64,000 nucleotides of DNA, from assembly GCA_964016885.1 (NCBI GenBank), contig OZ024740.1:153016001-153080000 (forward strand), given 5' to 3'. Below the pieces are notes generated by a model. The model searched no databases and was not told where the DNA came from. It saw only the letters and a program-made list of their open reading frames with translations. Below are positions 9,378-20,060 of this stretch, one piece after another. The first letter of the stretch is position 1. Each line of letters begins with the position of its first letter. The stretch is from Eledone cirrhosa. Lineage: Eukaryota. Position numbers and translations under genes: made by a program.

Positions 9378-12300
9378 TCATTCCAAAGACTCTGGATAAA
9401 CAACATTCTTGGTTTTTCCCTGTGGTGCCACAATGAAGAGACAATCAGGGTTCCCAACCCTTGTTGTGCCAACATAGAGTTGACCATGTGAAAAGACAGG
9501 ATCTGCCAGATTCAACCCAACGACTTTCAATGATTACCCTTGAGATTTATTAATGGTCATGACAAAACTGAGCCTGATCAGAAATTGAAGTCTTTGAAAT
9601 TCAAATGGCAAATCAGTTGGCTTCAGAGGTATTCTGGGAATGAAACAATTGTCACTAGCAAATTTTCCTGACATGATTGCAACTTCTAGAACATTGGACA
9701 TCATATTTTTGATGATGAGTCTTGTGCCATTACAAAGTTTTGGAGGATCCAGATTGCGAAGTAGCATAACCGATGCTCCAAGCTTCAGTATAAGGTTGTG
9801 TGGAGGAATTCCCGCGTTCAAGACTGTTCAAAAATTCAGTTGGATAGTTTACAACTTGGACTTGAGAAGTGATTGTGTCAACTGATTTGTAGCATATTTT
9901 CTCTCCCGGTAACATCTCCAGCAGCCTTCTGTTGATTTCTTTCACAGCAACATTTTTAGGTGCTAAGATTGCTCGTTCACAGAGCCATTTCGGATCACAT
10001 TGCCTGGTCTGAATGGTTGGAAACACTCTGGCAATCAGTTCTTGTTCTGTGTCAATGATATGGCCAAATGACAACTGAATATGGTCATTGGAATCCTTTT
10101 CAAGAAGTCCATTTCCCAATTTAAATAGTTGGATGGCAAACTCACTGACACTTTTGTCACCAGTTAAGTGCACTTGCATGTTGGTTGTAAGGCTCAGCAG
10201 CTGAAAGCAGGGCCAGAGATAGGCATTGACCTGATCAGCTCGAGTCCCTCGAAGAATTACAGGCAGAGTTTGTCTGAAATCACCAGCAAGAACCATTGTC
10301 ACTCCACCCATTATGCAACTATTTTCTCTCAGATCCCTTATCATCCGGTCCAAAGCTTCAATTGCTCCTTTATGGCTCATAGTAGCTTCATCCCAAATTA
10401 TCATCTTGCATGTTTGCAGAAGCTTGCCCATTGAGTGAGTTCTTCTTGATGTTGTAAAAAGATTGTTCATGCTGTGTGAGATCTATGGGCAGCTTAAACA
10501 TGGAGTGTGCAGTTCTTCCTCCATCCAGAAGTGTTGCTGTAATGCCACTTGAAGCCACAGCAAGGGCAATATGTTGCTTTTGGCGAACTTTTGCAAGCAG
10601 GAGGTTTATGAGGAATGTCTTGCCTGTGCCAGCAGGAGCATCGATGAAAAAAAGTCCTCCCCTGTCATTTTGAATGTTTTCAATGATGTTGTGGTAGGCG
10701 TATTTCTGGTCATCCATCAATTGAGGTTCATTTTCATCCACAAACTTACGCAATGCTTGAATATCGTAGTTTGTCTCCTGAAAAATATCTTGTGCTACCT
10801 CCATTTCTTCATCTGGCTCTGGCATCCTGCAGTTAGCTAATGTGCTATTCATTGCCTGAACTCGATGGGACAGGTCACAGAGAGCTTGATTGTAAATTCC
10901 ATATACATATTGCTATGATGTCTTCGGGCTAGGTGTAGATAGTCGTCCGACATATTGTTTTTGTACTCCTGCCAAAGTAGATGAGCTTCATCAATTCCAC
11001 ATGCTGTGAGCATAATAGCAAATAATCGTCTTATTTGACTGGCTACTTGAGTGATTGCTGCTTCTTCTAGGCACTTACTTCTTCCAGTGTCCATTGTCAT
11101 GCAGGAGTCCATGCTGTTTACATGCTTTTTGGTATGTTGCGCACTCCCTTCCTCTGAAGCATCTAAGATTCTGAAATGACGTTGGTCCTCGAACAGTATG
11201 CAGAAGTAGCTGTAAATAAAAACACTCTCTGTTGTTGGGATGGACATTGTAAACACGCCCAATAGCATGACTTGACTTGACTTCATGACCTTCCACTAAA
11301 TGACCCTGCTTTCTTCGATTCCAAGGTCTTGCAATTGGTCCAGGTGTAGTATGTTGGGACTTCAGCATATAGGAGGGATCGAGCAAATTCATCATTCTGG
11401 CAGAGTTTAAAGAAAGCAGTTAGTGTAGTGTCATGTGATGCTTGTACCAACTGATGAGCAGTGATCTCAGTGAAGTACACTGTCTGTCCATTTTCCAGAT
11501 GGACTGAGAGGTTGACCACTGTTGGGTGGCGTTGGTGGATATCAAACCCAAAGATTCGCCAGATAGCATCATTGCTGGAGATGTATCGACCTGTTTGATA
11601 CCGTCTGTCCTCATCCAGCCCACCATCATTGAGTTCTTTGTCAGTAATAAAGGTAGCCATGTCACTGCCCTTGTTGATATATTTTGTGACATATAGGATT
11701 GCCTTGACAGAGCTGCAATACTCAACATTGATATGAGCTTTTAAAAGTTTACAAAACAAATTGTTGTGTGGGACAACCCACTGATTGTTTATGGTCAGCT
11801 CCTCTCCTCGAACTGTTAGGCTTGCAGTATTGCCTCCATGTTCTGGTCTACGCCTACGATAAAGGGGGTATCCATTATTGTCAGTCCGAGTTTCCCGAAT
11901 AAAAGCTCTAGGATAATGTTTACTGCATTTTTTTATCTTTCTTGCAGGGAGAGGCTGGATTGATGACTCCACATGGACCATGAATGAGTTTGGACTTGAT
12001 GGTTTCAAAGAGCTCTGGATCACCACCTTTATCAGGCAACTCCGCTGAAATGATCTTATCAACATCATCTGGTCTTATCTTCTCCTTGCACCAGATTAGG
12101 AAGACCTCTCTTCTGCCACTCAATAGTGGTCATCCAAGCACTAAGTTCACCAAAGATTCTTCCTTCTTTTAGGAGCCAGATGAGTTTTTTTTGCTTTTCA
12201 TGGAAAACCCAAGCAATGAGATCATGTCGATCCTTTGGTTTTTGATTTTGAAATAATTCATTTGATATTTCTGACCAGTTTGAATTGAGTGTAAATGTAA

Positions 12301-13768
12301 TGAAGAGATCTGGCCGACCAAATTTTCTGACATAGGCCATTGCATCTTGCGTACGTTCATGCATGTAACGTGGTCCTCCCGTGAAGCTTGATGGTAGTAT
12401 GACTGGCTGGCCAATATTTCTTGGGTCAACATCAGAATTGATGGCATCTCTAAGGTGGATGAAGTTATCTGCCCTCAACTTAGTTTGATTCCTTCGCAGA
12501 AAACCCAATCTTTCTGTTTCAATTTTGGCATACATGTCCACCATGAACTGGCTGGTTACTTCTTTGAATCACAGAACTTGGTTGAAGGGATCACGTACCA
12601 TGAAATGATAAGCATAGAATTCTTTGCAGCTGATTGATCGGCCAGTTTCTTGTCCCGTTCCAGGGCTGATATGCCGTAGCTGAAAATGATATCCATCTTG
12701 ACCATTCCAAAAGATGAGTGGAAATTGGGGGGAATCATAGTCTCTATGAGCTTCACAAATTCGCTCCAAATGTCCACTTTGTTTTTGCAAAACAATGTCA
12801 CGTCGTTCATGCTGTTCATCAACCATTATGATTGTAACTTCATCAGTGACAGGTGCATTGAATCTGCATTCATGTTCTGAAGCTGGGCGTTTGTCTGCCC
12901 TAATGATGATTTTACGATCTTTGGTGTTGTTCATATGCTCCAGTGCATATTTAAATACACTGACGTACATGTGATGTTGGTGAAGCATTTCTTGTAACTT
13001 TATGACTATGTAGAATTGCAATCCACCATGGACATTGGTATATCTTTGTTGTGCCTGTGTTTCATTTCTACCCATGAAGTAAACCTGCACAAATTTGTGA
13101 GGGTCCTGTGAAAGTGGCAGAAGGCCACCCATTAAGTGGTAACACTGTCCCTGAATTTTACAAGTTGTACAGAATCTAAAGTCAGTCACATTCCTGTCAG
13201 CCCCAAAAGATGTCATTTGAAAGGCAGAATTATATTTTATGATGTATTTATTGAAGTGTCGTGCTTCTGGTGTATGCTGAATAAGCAGATTCTTCAGAAA
13301 TTCAGTAGGTTCTTGTATTGTCTTAAGGCTCACTTTGCCTTTTGAGCAGCATAGACTTGGTGTTTCTGCTGCCCACTTCTTGGCACCACAATACTGGCAG
13401 CATTTGTTCATTTTCCCAATGTTGATTTGTGGATTACTGCTGTAGTCCTTTTGGGGGTCATAAGAAAAAGCACCCATCAGCCAGTTCATTTTACTTGTGG
13501 CTTGTTCTCCTGCTTGGGCAGAAGAACGATGTGCTTGATTAGCATTTTGTCTGATTTGCTGCTGTTCCTTAATTTGTTGTTCTCGTGTAGCAGCAGTCCT
13601 TTGTTCCCTTTCATCCAAACAATGTGCGTGTGCTAAAGCTGTTTGGGCTCTGTTAGCAGCTAGACGGACATGCCGAACTTCTTCACTTTCTTCAGATCGC
13701 TGTGTTTTCTTTCTCTTAGCCTCTGAAGATGACCTTCCATATAATGATCTGGAACGTTTTCTAGGCAT
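9378..13768 (-). pseudogene. Helitron RepHel (HUH Rep + PIF1-like SF1 helicase), frameshifted
   Basis: Successive minus-strand ORFs carry: CQYCGAKKW...CCSKGKV (Zn finger), YNSAFQMTSFG, ILPSSFTGGPRYM, GRPDLFITFT, EWQKRGLP, HGPCG, GYPLYRRR, HINVEYC...KYINKGSD, Walker A DAPAGTGKT, GGRTAHS.FKLP, IIWDEATM, LAGDFRQTLPV and MTINKSQG. The frame ends KTKNVVYPESLE*. There are multiple frameshifts, and the HUH histidines after RGLP appear deleted. Confidence 0.95.
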
Positions 13769-13795
13769 TTGATGTGATATTATTACACACCACAC

Positions 13796-13864
13796 GATAA
13801 AATAAAGTACCAGTAATGCACTGGAATAATTGCTGGCCTTGTGCCAAAAGTAGAAACAATTATT
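13796..13864 (+). mobile_element. 5'-truncated SINE family A inserted just upstream of the RepHel ATG
   Basis: SINE 3' half flanked by the direct repeat attattacacaccacac (13779-13795 and 13859-13875). Confidence 0.9.
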
Positions 13865-14289
13865 ACACACCACACTCTTTCCGAAATAGAAACAACTATA
13901 GAATGTATTGTTCACTCAGTAAAGTTGTTTTAAATGATCTCTTTATATGAATGTATATTAGGTGTAATTAATTTTAGACATATGTAGAAAATATTGGGAT
14001 TTCAGATTGTATCCCAAAAAACGACAAACACTACATATGTAGAAAATAAGCTTTGATGGTAACATATATCGTCTGCTAAAGAACCCCCCCCCCCCCATAA
14101 CACACGCGTGTGTAAATATACATATAAACGCGGACACACAGTTAAATAATCCCTCCAATCACCCTCCCTCTCTCCTGCCTCTTTACTTTTTTCTCTCTCC
14201 CATCTTTTCTCTTTTCTTATCGCCGTTTTCTCCCCATCCGCCTCACTCCCTTTCTCTTTCTCATCTCCTATCTTTCTTTCTCTCTCTCA

Positions 14290-17046
14290 ACCTGGACCTG
14301 GACAAACCACAGTGGTCAATCTAGATCGTACTTAGATAGATTCTTAGTTAGAAGCAAGGATAGGGACATATTAAGCTGTCCAGAAATGCTCACGGTTGGC
14401 TATACAGATCACAAATTAGTGACCTGCGTAGTCAACCTCGAGAGAACACATAGACAGGGTCCCGGTTACTGGAAACTTAATTTGTCTTTACCGGCAAAAG
14501 AGGCTTACAGAGACTGGATTAGCAGATTAGTTAAGGAGAGGTTGACGGGTGCAATCGTCAACAACCGATGGTGGCCATCTCTCAAAAGAGAGATTAGAAC
14601 AGAATCAATAAGTTATAGCAAGATGTTAGCTGCCGATAGGAATAGGAACGAGAAAGAAATAACAGGTAAATTAGAAGAGGCAATCAAGAGCGAAGATGTG
14701 GCCAGAGTGCTGGCATCGAGGACGGCCTTGAGCCAGTTTTTCGATGCAAAGCACGAAGGCTCCGTCATTCGAAGTAAAATACATGCTCTAGGTAATGAGG
14801 GGACCAAAGCCGTTAGCTGGGCCCGCGTGACAGAAGCTAAGAGTGGAAATCGATCCACCATCTGGTCTTTGCAAGACGAGGATGGACGGGTGATCCGGGA
14901 GCCTAAGCAGATGTGCGAGGGTCCGGGCGGCGACGTGGATTTCGGTCCATACCTCGACGGCCTGCCGCGTCTCTCGAGCGAAGAGGCAGAGTCCTGCGAG
15001 GGACCAATCTCGGCTGATGAGATCGGGGATGCGCTGAGCCAATGCAGCAGACGCAAATCTCCAGGTCTCGATGGTATACCTTACAAACTTTATTTAGCAA
15101 TGCCGGTCTTCTTCTCCGAACTCCTCGAAGCAGTCTACTGCAATTGGCAGCAGAACGGGAGAATTCCTTGTTCTGTAGCCAAGGGCATAGTCTCGCTGGT
15201 GAGAAAAGACGAGAACAAGGGGGATAGTATAAATAATTTTCGGCCCATAACCCTGCTAAACACAGAGTTAAAGATTTTGGCCAAGGTGTTAGCAAAGAGG
15301 TTGGCGCTTGTCGTGGGTGGCCTGGTGGGAGATGCGCAGACATGTGCTATCCCATCCAGGTCCATTCACGACAACCTCCACCTCATGCGATACATCATAG
15401 AGAGGGTTGGCAACAAACCCGGCTTCGGTGGGGCCCTGATCAACTTGGATCAGTCTAAGGCGTTCGATAGGGTCGACCATGGTTACCTGGATGCGGTGCT
15501 AGCGGCGGCTGGGTTCGGTCCTGTTTTCAGAGGCTGGATCACTGCCTTACATAGCAACCACATCTGTTCTAGGATCAAGGTGAACGGCTACCTTTCGAAG
15601 CTGTTCGAAATCACACGATCCATTCGACAGGGGTGCCCTCTCTCCTCCCTTCTGTACGTATTGACTCTCGAGCCTTTACTGAGGAAGTTGGAGTTGTTGC
15701 AGGGTATCCCCCTGGAACCAGGATTGAGCAAAGCGGTGTCGGCCTACGCCGATGACGTAACAGTAATGGTATCGACCGACTCGGAGATTGAGGCGATCGG
15801 TACCTTACTGGAGGAATATGAAAGGTTGTCAGGAGCGAAACTGAACCGGGAAAAATCCATCGGGCTGCAACTCGGAACGTGGAGAGGCAGACCAATGCCT
15901 CCCGACGGTGTCGTCGGACACTGGACGGAGAGCCCGGTGAAGTTGCTTGGGGTCTGGTTTGGACCGGACCTCCAGGTGGAAAAGAACTGGGGCGAGGTTA
16001 CGAACAAGGTGTTTGCACTGACCCAGAAATGGGCCAAGTGTAAGCTGTCCCTGAAAGGTCGGGCAGAGGTGGCGAACATTTACATAGCGTCCGTCACCTA
16101 CTACCGTCTGACTGTTGTGCCTTGCCCTAAGGAAACACTCACCACGATGGAACGCATGCTCTTTCAATTTCTATGGAAGAAGCGCCCTCCTATGGTGAGA
16201 AGATCCATCTGCTGCCAACAACCTTCGAAAGGAGGGCTGGGGATGCCGTGGTTGATGATGCGTAGGCACGCATTAAGGCTACGGCACCTACAGGTATTCC
16301 TCACTGGTCAACAGGTGTGGGCTCCGTTCGTGAGACAAGCCTTTCCGAGACTCGTCTCGCTCACCGAGCTGCAGTCCTGGGTCAAGCAAAGATCCGGAAA
16401 ACTGGGCGACTGGCACACTGAGTGTGCCCAGGCGCTCAGGGCTCTCTGGCAAGCGGACCTGGCCATCGGTGGAGAATCCACCTCGTCATTCTATAGAGGG
16501 CTGGTGGCTAGCAGGGGCGATAACACCCTTGGAGAGTCGCTGGACATGGAAGAGGACGAACTGGCCAGCCTGTTCGGTAAGACTTTCGGCCCGGGACCAA
16601 TGGACAACTTCCAGAAGTCACTGGCCTGGCAGTGCTACCGGGGGGCTCTACCCGTTCGAGAAAGGCTCTACAGACACGGGCGCCCGGGCAGGGATCCCTC
16701 GAAAAAGATTTGCCCTAGATGCGTGCGTCACGAAGAAACCGTTGCGCACGCATTGGTGCACTGTCCGGGCGTGGCTGATCTGTGGGGCTACGCCGAACGA
16801 CTGCTGTCGCGGGTGGCGCCGTTTCGATTGACCGCCGAGTCTGTGATGACAATCAAGCCGCCTCCCCTCTTCACAAAGGAAGCAAAGGCGGTTTTTCTGT
16901 GCGTAATAGCCATGTTGAAAGAGGTTGTTTGGTGGACACGATTGAAAGGTCTGAGGTCAGGCAACTTCCTCTCTGGCTATAGTCTGGTCTACTTCTTCCG
17001 ATGTCACTTCGGAGAGAGAGGTGCTTGGCCACAGGCAGTTTTATGA
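14290..17046 (+). CDS. LINE ORF2: C-terminal part of the APE endonuclease + reverse transcriptase + CCHC zinc knuckle
   Basis: Open from the truncation point: TWTWTN...SYLDRFLV...TDHK, WKLN, KSPGLDGIP, FRPITLLNTELKILAKVLA, LDQSKAFDRVDH, IRQGCPLS, AYADD, CPRC...ETVAHALVHC. There is a probable small frameshifting deletion near the C-terminus. Confidence 0.92.
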   Translation, partial: TWTWTNHSGQSRSYLDRFLVRSKDRDILSCPEMLTVGYTDHKLVTCVVNLERTHRQGPGYWKLNLSLPAKEAYRDWISRLVKERLTGAIVNNRWWPSLKREIRTESISYSKMLAADRNRNEKEITGKLEEAIKSEDVARVLASRTALSQFFDAKHEGSVIRSKIHALGNEGTKAVSWARVTEAKSGNRSTIWSLQDEDGRVIREPKQMCEGPGGDVDFGPYLDGLPRLSSEEAESCEGPISADEIGDALSQCSRRKSPGLDGIPYKLYLAMPVFFSELLEAVYCNWQQNGRIPCSVAKGIVSLVRKDENKGDSINNFRPITLLNTELKILAKVLAKRLALVVGGLVGDAQTCAIPSRSIHDNLHLMRYIIERVGNKPGFGGALINLDQSKAFDRVDHGYLDAVLAAAGFGPVFRGWITALHSNHICSRIKVNGYLSKLFEITRSIRQGCPLSSLLYVLTLEPLLRKLELLQGIPLEPGLSKAVSAYADDVTVMVSTDSEIEAIGTLLEEYERLSGAKLNREKSIGLQLGTWRGRPMPPDGVVGHWTESPVKLLGVWFGPDLQVEKNWGEVTNKVFALTQKWAKCKLSLKGRAEVANIYIASVTYYRLTVVPCPKETLTTMERMLFQFLWKKRPPMVRRSICCQQPSKGGLGMPWLMMRRHALRLRHLQVFLTGQQVWAPFVRQAFPRLVSLTELQSWVKQRSGKLGDWHTECAQALRALWQADLAIGGESTSSFYRGLVASRGDNTLGESLDMEEDELASLFGKTFGPGPMDNFQKSLAWQCYRGALPVRERLYRHGRPGRDPSKKICPRCVRHEETVAHALVHCPGVADLWGYAERLLSRVAPFRLTAESVMTIKPPPLFTKEAKAVFLCVIAMLKEVVWWTRLKGLRSGNFLSGYSLVYFFRCHFGERGAWPQAVL

Positions 17047-17326
17047 AAGGGTGATAGTGGCGAGAATGGCTCGTGAAATGGGCCTTCTCTGTATACCATC
17101 CTGTAGGTAAAGAAGTGAAGGAGAGGGGAGCACCTTCTCCATGTGCTCCCCGGGCAAAGGATTGCACACTTTTTCGGGGGGGAGGGGTGCAACCCCCATC
17201 ACGTCCCCTCCCTTTTGAGGTTGTTTTTGATTATTTTCATTTTATACCCTTTTTACTCGGTTTTATGTAAACTCCCCTTTTGTATTTGTCCCTTCTTTTT
17301 ATACCTTTATGGTAAATAAAGAAATA
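14290..17326 (+). mobile_element. 5'-truncated L1/Tx1-clade non-LTR retrotransposon
   Basis: Flanked by a 21-bp target-site duplication tatctttctttctctc(t/a)ctca (14269-14289 and 17327-17347, 1 mismatch). 3' aataaagaaata tail. Clearly more GC-rich than its flanks. Confidence 0.92.
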
Positions 17327-18924
17327 TATCTTTCTTTCTCTCACTCATCGTCTACGCAATAGCAAACAAAAAATAAATAAAAGATAAATAACATTGGGAG
17401 AGTTAAGAAGTGTGTAAAAATAATAAATAAATAAAAGTTAATGAACGCTTGCCACTTTCCCTCTCTCTCTCTTTTTCTCTCTCACATCCCCCCCTCTCTA
17501 CGGAATAGAGAACAAAAAGTAAAGAACAGATAAATAACGTTTAGGAAGCGGGAGAGTTAAGAAGTGTGTAAAAATAATAAATAAATAAAAGTAAAGAACG
17601 CTGATTACTTTGCCTCTCTTTCATCGTCTTTACTCTCTCTCGCCCATTTCCCACTCTCTCCCATCTGCCACTCTCTCTCTTTCTCTCTCCCATCCCTCAC
17701 TCTCTTATCTACAGACTGGAGAACATAAAAAAACAAAATGGATGATCTCTTTTGATATTCATTAGTAAATAAGATAAATTGATTTTAAATGAATTCCTTG
17801 CTTTACAAAGTAAAACTTTGTCGACCGAGTGTATAGTGAATATGTACATGTAATTTTGAGGAGTTTGGTCCGGTAGTTTGCTCGTTTTAGGCGGACACAG
17901 AGAATCGTAAACTTGCATTTATATATAGAGAGGGGAGTAAACGAACTCCAATTAAGCTTTGAATTTACAAAATGAACTAATCGATAAAATGAAAGAAAAA
18001 CAGAGATGTGCACACTCATTTACACACAATGAACGTAGGTTCTAAAATATCCGAGGCTAGCCAAGACGTTCGAGGCATTTCCGCGGGTGATAAAGAGTCT
18101 AGTGTGTTGGAATTAGCCAAGCCCCTCACAAGCTGGCCGACAACAATAACAAAAACCTCGTTATCAGCTACCCAGAACGTCTCATGTTACAGGCTGAAAG
18201 GAATACTTTACCAATAAATCGCGGATTTCATTAGGATATATTCCGTTCAGAGCAAAAAGATCCTTAATGTCAGAGTTTATAAAATAATTCGCAAAAATAG
18301 TTACGCTATTTTACAGACAACAGCAAAATAGCAAACCCTACGAAATAAAATTAAAATTTAATTTCAGCAATTAGCTAGTATGTGTCTATAAAACGTTTAA
18401 TTTCATAATTTTTAAGTTTAGCATACCCCCATTGAATTTGGTCTATGACAAACATAGGATTACATTAACATTCATTAGCAATAGATTATAAAGAAATACA
18501 TATAAATATATATGTACACAATTAACCTTATAAATTGACATGTCGCACCATGGGTCTGCTTTTTCCGGTAATATTTGTTCCTTAACTTTAATTTAGAGAA
18601 GAGCTACACGTGTTTATTGACAACTAAGGGAGATAACATTTTATTAACTGTAACTTGCAGGTGACTTCCCCTTTTCTGTAAAAATTCTTTCCTCTTAAGA
18701 TTACACTAATATCTTGATTAATCAAAATAAACGTTTCGATTTTCTTTTTACTTCGCAATCCATATAAAAATTGTTATAGCTTCTTTTCATAATGAAATTC
18801 GTTATCAGAGGAATGTAAAAGAGTTTGTTTTTTTTTCCATCTTTTATGCAGATAAGTTATTTTAATAGAAAAAGAAAAGTTTGTATCTTAATTTCAATTC
18901 ATATAAAAACCAGTTATACTGTTC

Positions 18925-19430
18925 CCTTGTGTGTAGAATTTATATGCTCAGATGCAGTAAGTAGCAAGTGCTCACAGGATACTAGCTCCTTCAAATACCC
19001 AGATGGCTCTATAGAAATAGTCGACACTTTCCGTTTCCCGGGTGATGAAATCAGGAGTGGAGGAAGGTGTTCCGAAAGTACAGTAGCCAGAGTAAGAACG
19101 GGATGGAGAAAATTCAGAGAGCTAATATCGCTGTTTGTAACAAAAGGTTTTCCCCTTAAAATGAAGGGCAGATTGTACCATGCTTATATACAAACAGCAA
19201 TGTTACATGGTAGTGAGGCTTGGACACTGTGTGTAGAGGACCTGCTAAGATTGGAAAGAAATGAAGTAACCATGCTCCGATGGATGTGTAATAATAATAT
19301 ACACGAACGGCATGTGTAAAGTGAACTGAGAAAGAAATTAGGCATAAGAGGGATCAGATGCAATATACTAGAGAGGAGATTGTGTTGGTACGAGCATGTG
19401 ATGCGTACACACCACATCATCATCATCACC
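18925..19430 (+). mobile_element. RTE LINE internal fragment
   Basis: Similar to the 3' part of the 50152-52285 element ([11 protein letters not shown]...RVRTGW...MLHGSEAW...MLRWMC). Confidence 0.9.
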
Positions 19431-19537
19431 TTTTACTACCTATTTTCCATGTTTGGTTAAGTTAGACATGTTGTCATGTACTGAAGTTAGACTGGTCAAG
19501 TGACCACATTCTACTCGTACACTCCATTTTTGGCTTG

Positions 19538-19547
<10 letters not shown>

Positions 19548-19574
<27 letters not shown>

Positions 19575-20060
19575 AATATTGTGTACAGTGCTCAGGTGCA
19601 CTACAACTCATCAAAAAGTGTATGTATAGTACATAGGGTAATGTACAAACGTCAGGAAAATGAACAGTGCATGAGTCATGATACACACGTGTGCATGTGT
19701 ATGGAGGGGGGACATCAGGTGTAGTTTTGGCGTATTTCGGGAAGCATGAGTGTCTTAAAGGATGCAGTGTCTCGGCAGCTAACAACTGACGCAGGCAGTT
19801 TGTTCCATGCTTCAGCAACTCTGAGCGTGAAAAATTGTCTACGAAAGTCATGGGAGCTGTGCTGTTTTCTGATTTTGTAGGCATGTCCACGAGTGTTAGA
19901 CACATGGAGATCAAAAAGGTGCTCAGGGTTGTTGTTGGTGAGATGGTTAATAACTTTGTGGGTATTTACCAAGTCCATTGCCAGACGTTGGAGCTTCAAT
20001 GAATCCATGCCCAGGGAAGCAAGGCATTCAGAGTATGGTAGGATGTCCTTAATGCCGACC
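19548..20060 (-). mobile_element. CR1-clade LINE 3' fragment
   Basis: NTRGHAYKIRKQHSSHDFRRQFFTLRVAEAWNKLP motif, 3' UTR and (ATT)n tail. Very similar to 27075-27675. Confidence 0.9.

Larger units (their letters stand above)
8238..17929 (-). mobile_element. Large Helitron (autonomous-type, decayed) with nested LINE and SINE insertions
   Basis: On the minus strand: a 5' terminus TCTATATATAAATGCAAG at 17929, the RepHel coding region at 13768-9378, a degenerate 3' hairpin end at about 9232, and a canonical hairpin plus CTAG|t at 8241-8238. Joining all parts into one element is an inference. Confidence 0.65.

Noticed and set aside
9534-10852. PIF1-like helicase as a host PIF1 gene
   Set aside because: It is intronless, frameshifted and collinear with Helitron Rep motifs, so it is transposon-derived.
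13769-13915. Hydrophobic N-terminal extension of ORF 12569-13915
   Set aside because: It is read through an inserted antisense SINE fragment. The plausible start is MPRKRSR at 13768.
11451-15025. CTGATGA matches at about 11451 and 15014 as hammerheads
   Set aside because: They lie inside TE coding sequence and lack a stem II followed by GAAA and a closing stem I.
14613-16167. Multiple antisense ORFs over the LINE (and over the RTE at 50499-51641)
   Set aside because: They are shadow frames of GC-rich coding sequence with no independent motifs.
18008-18217. 69-aa ORF as a small protein gene
   Set aside because: It has no recognisable motif or splice support, so I kept the region only as a candidate promoter or UTR.
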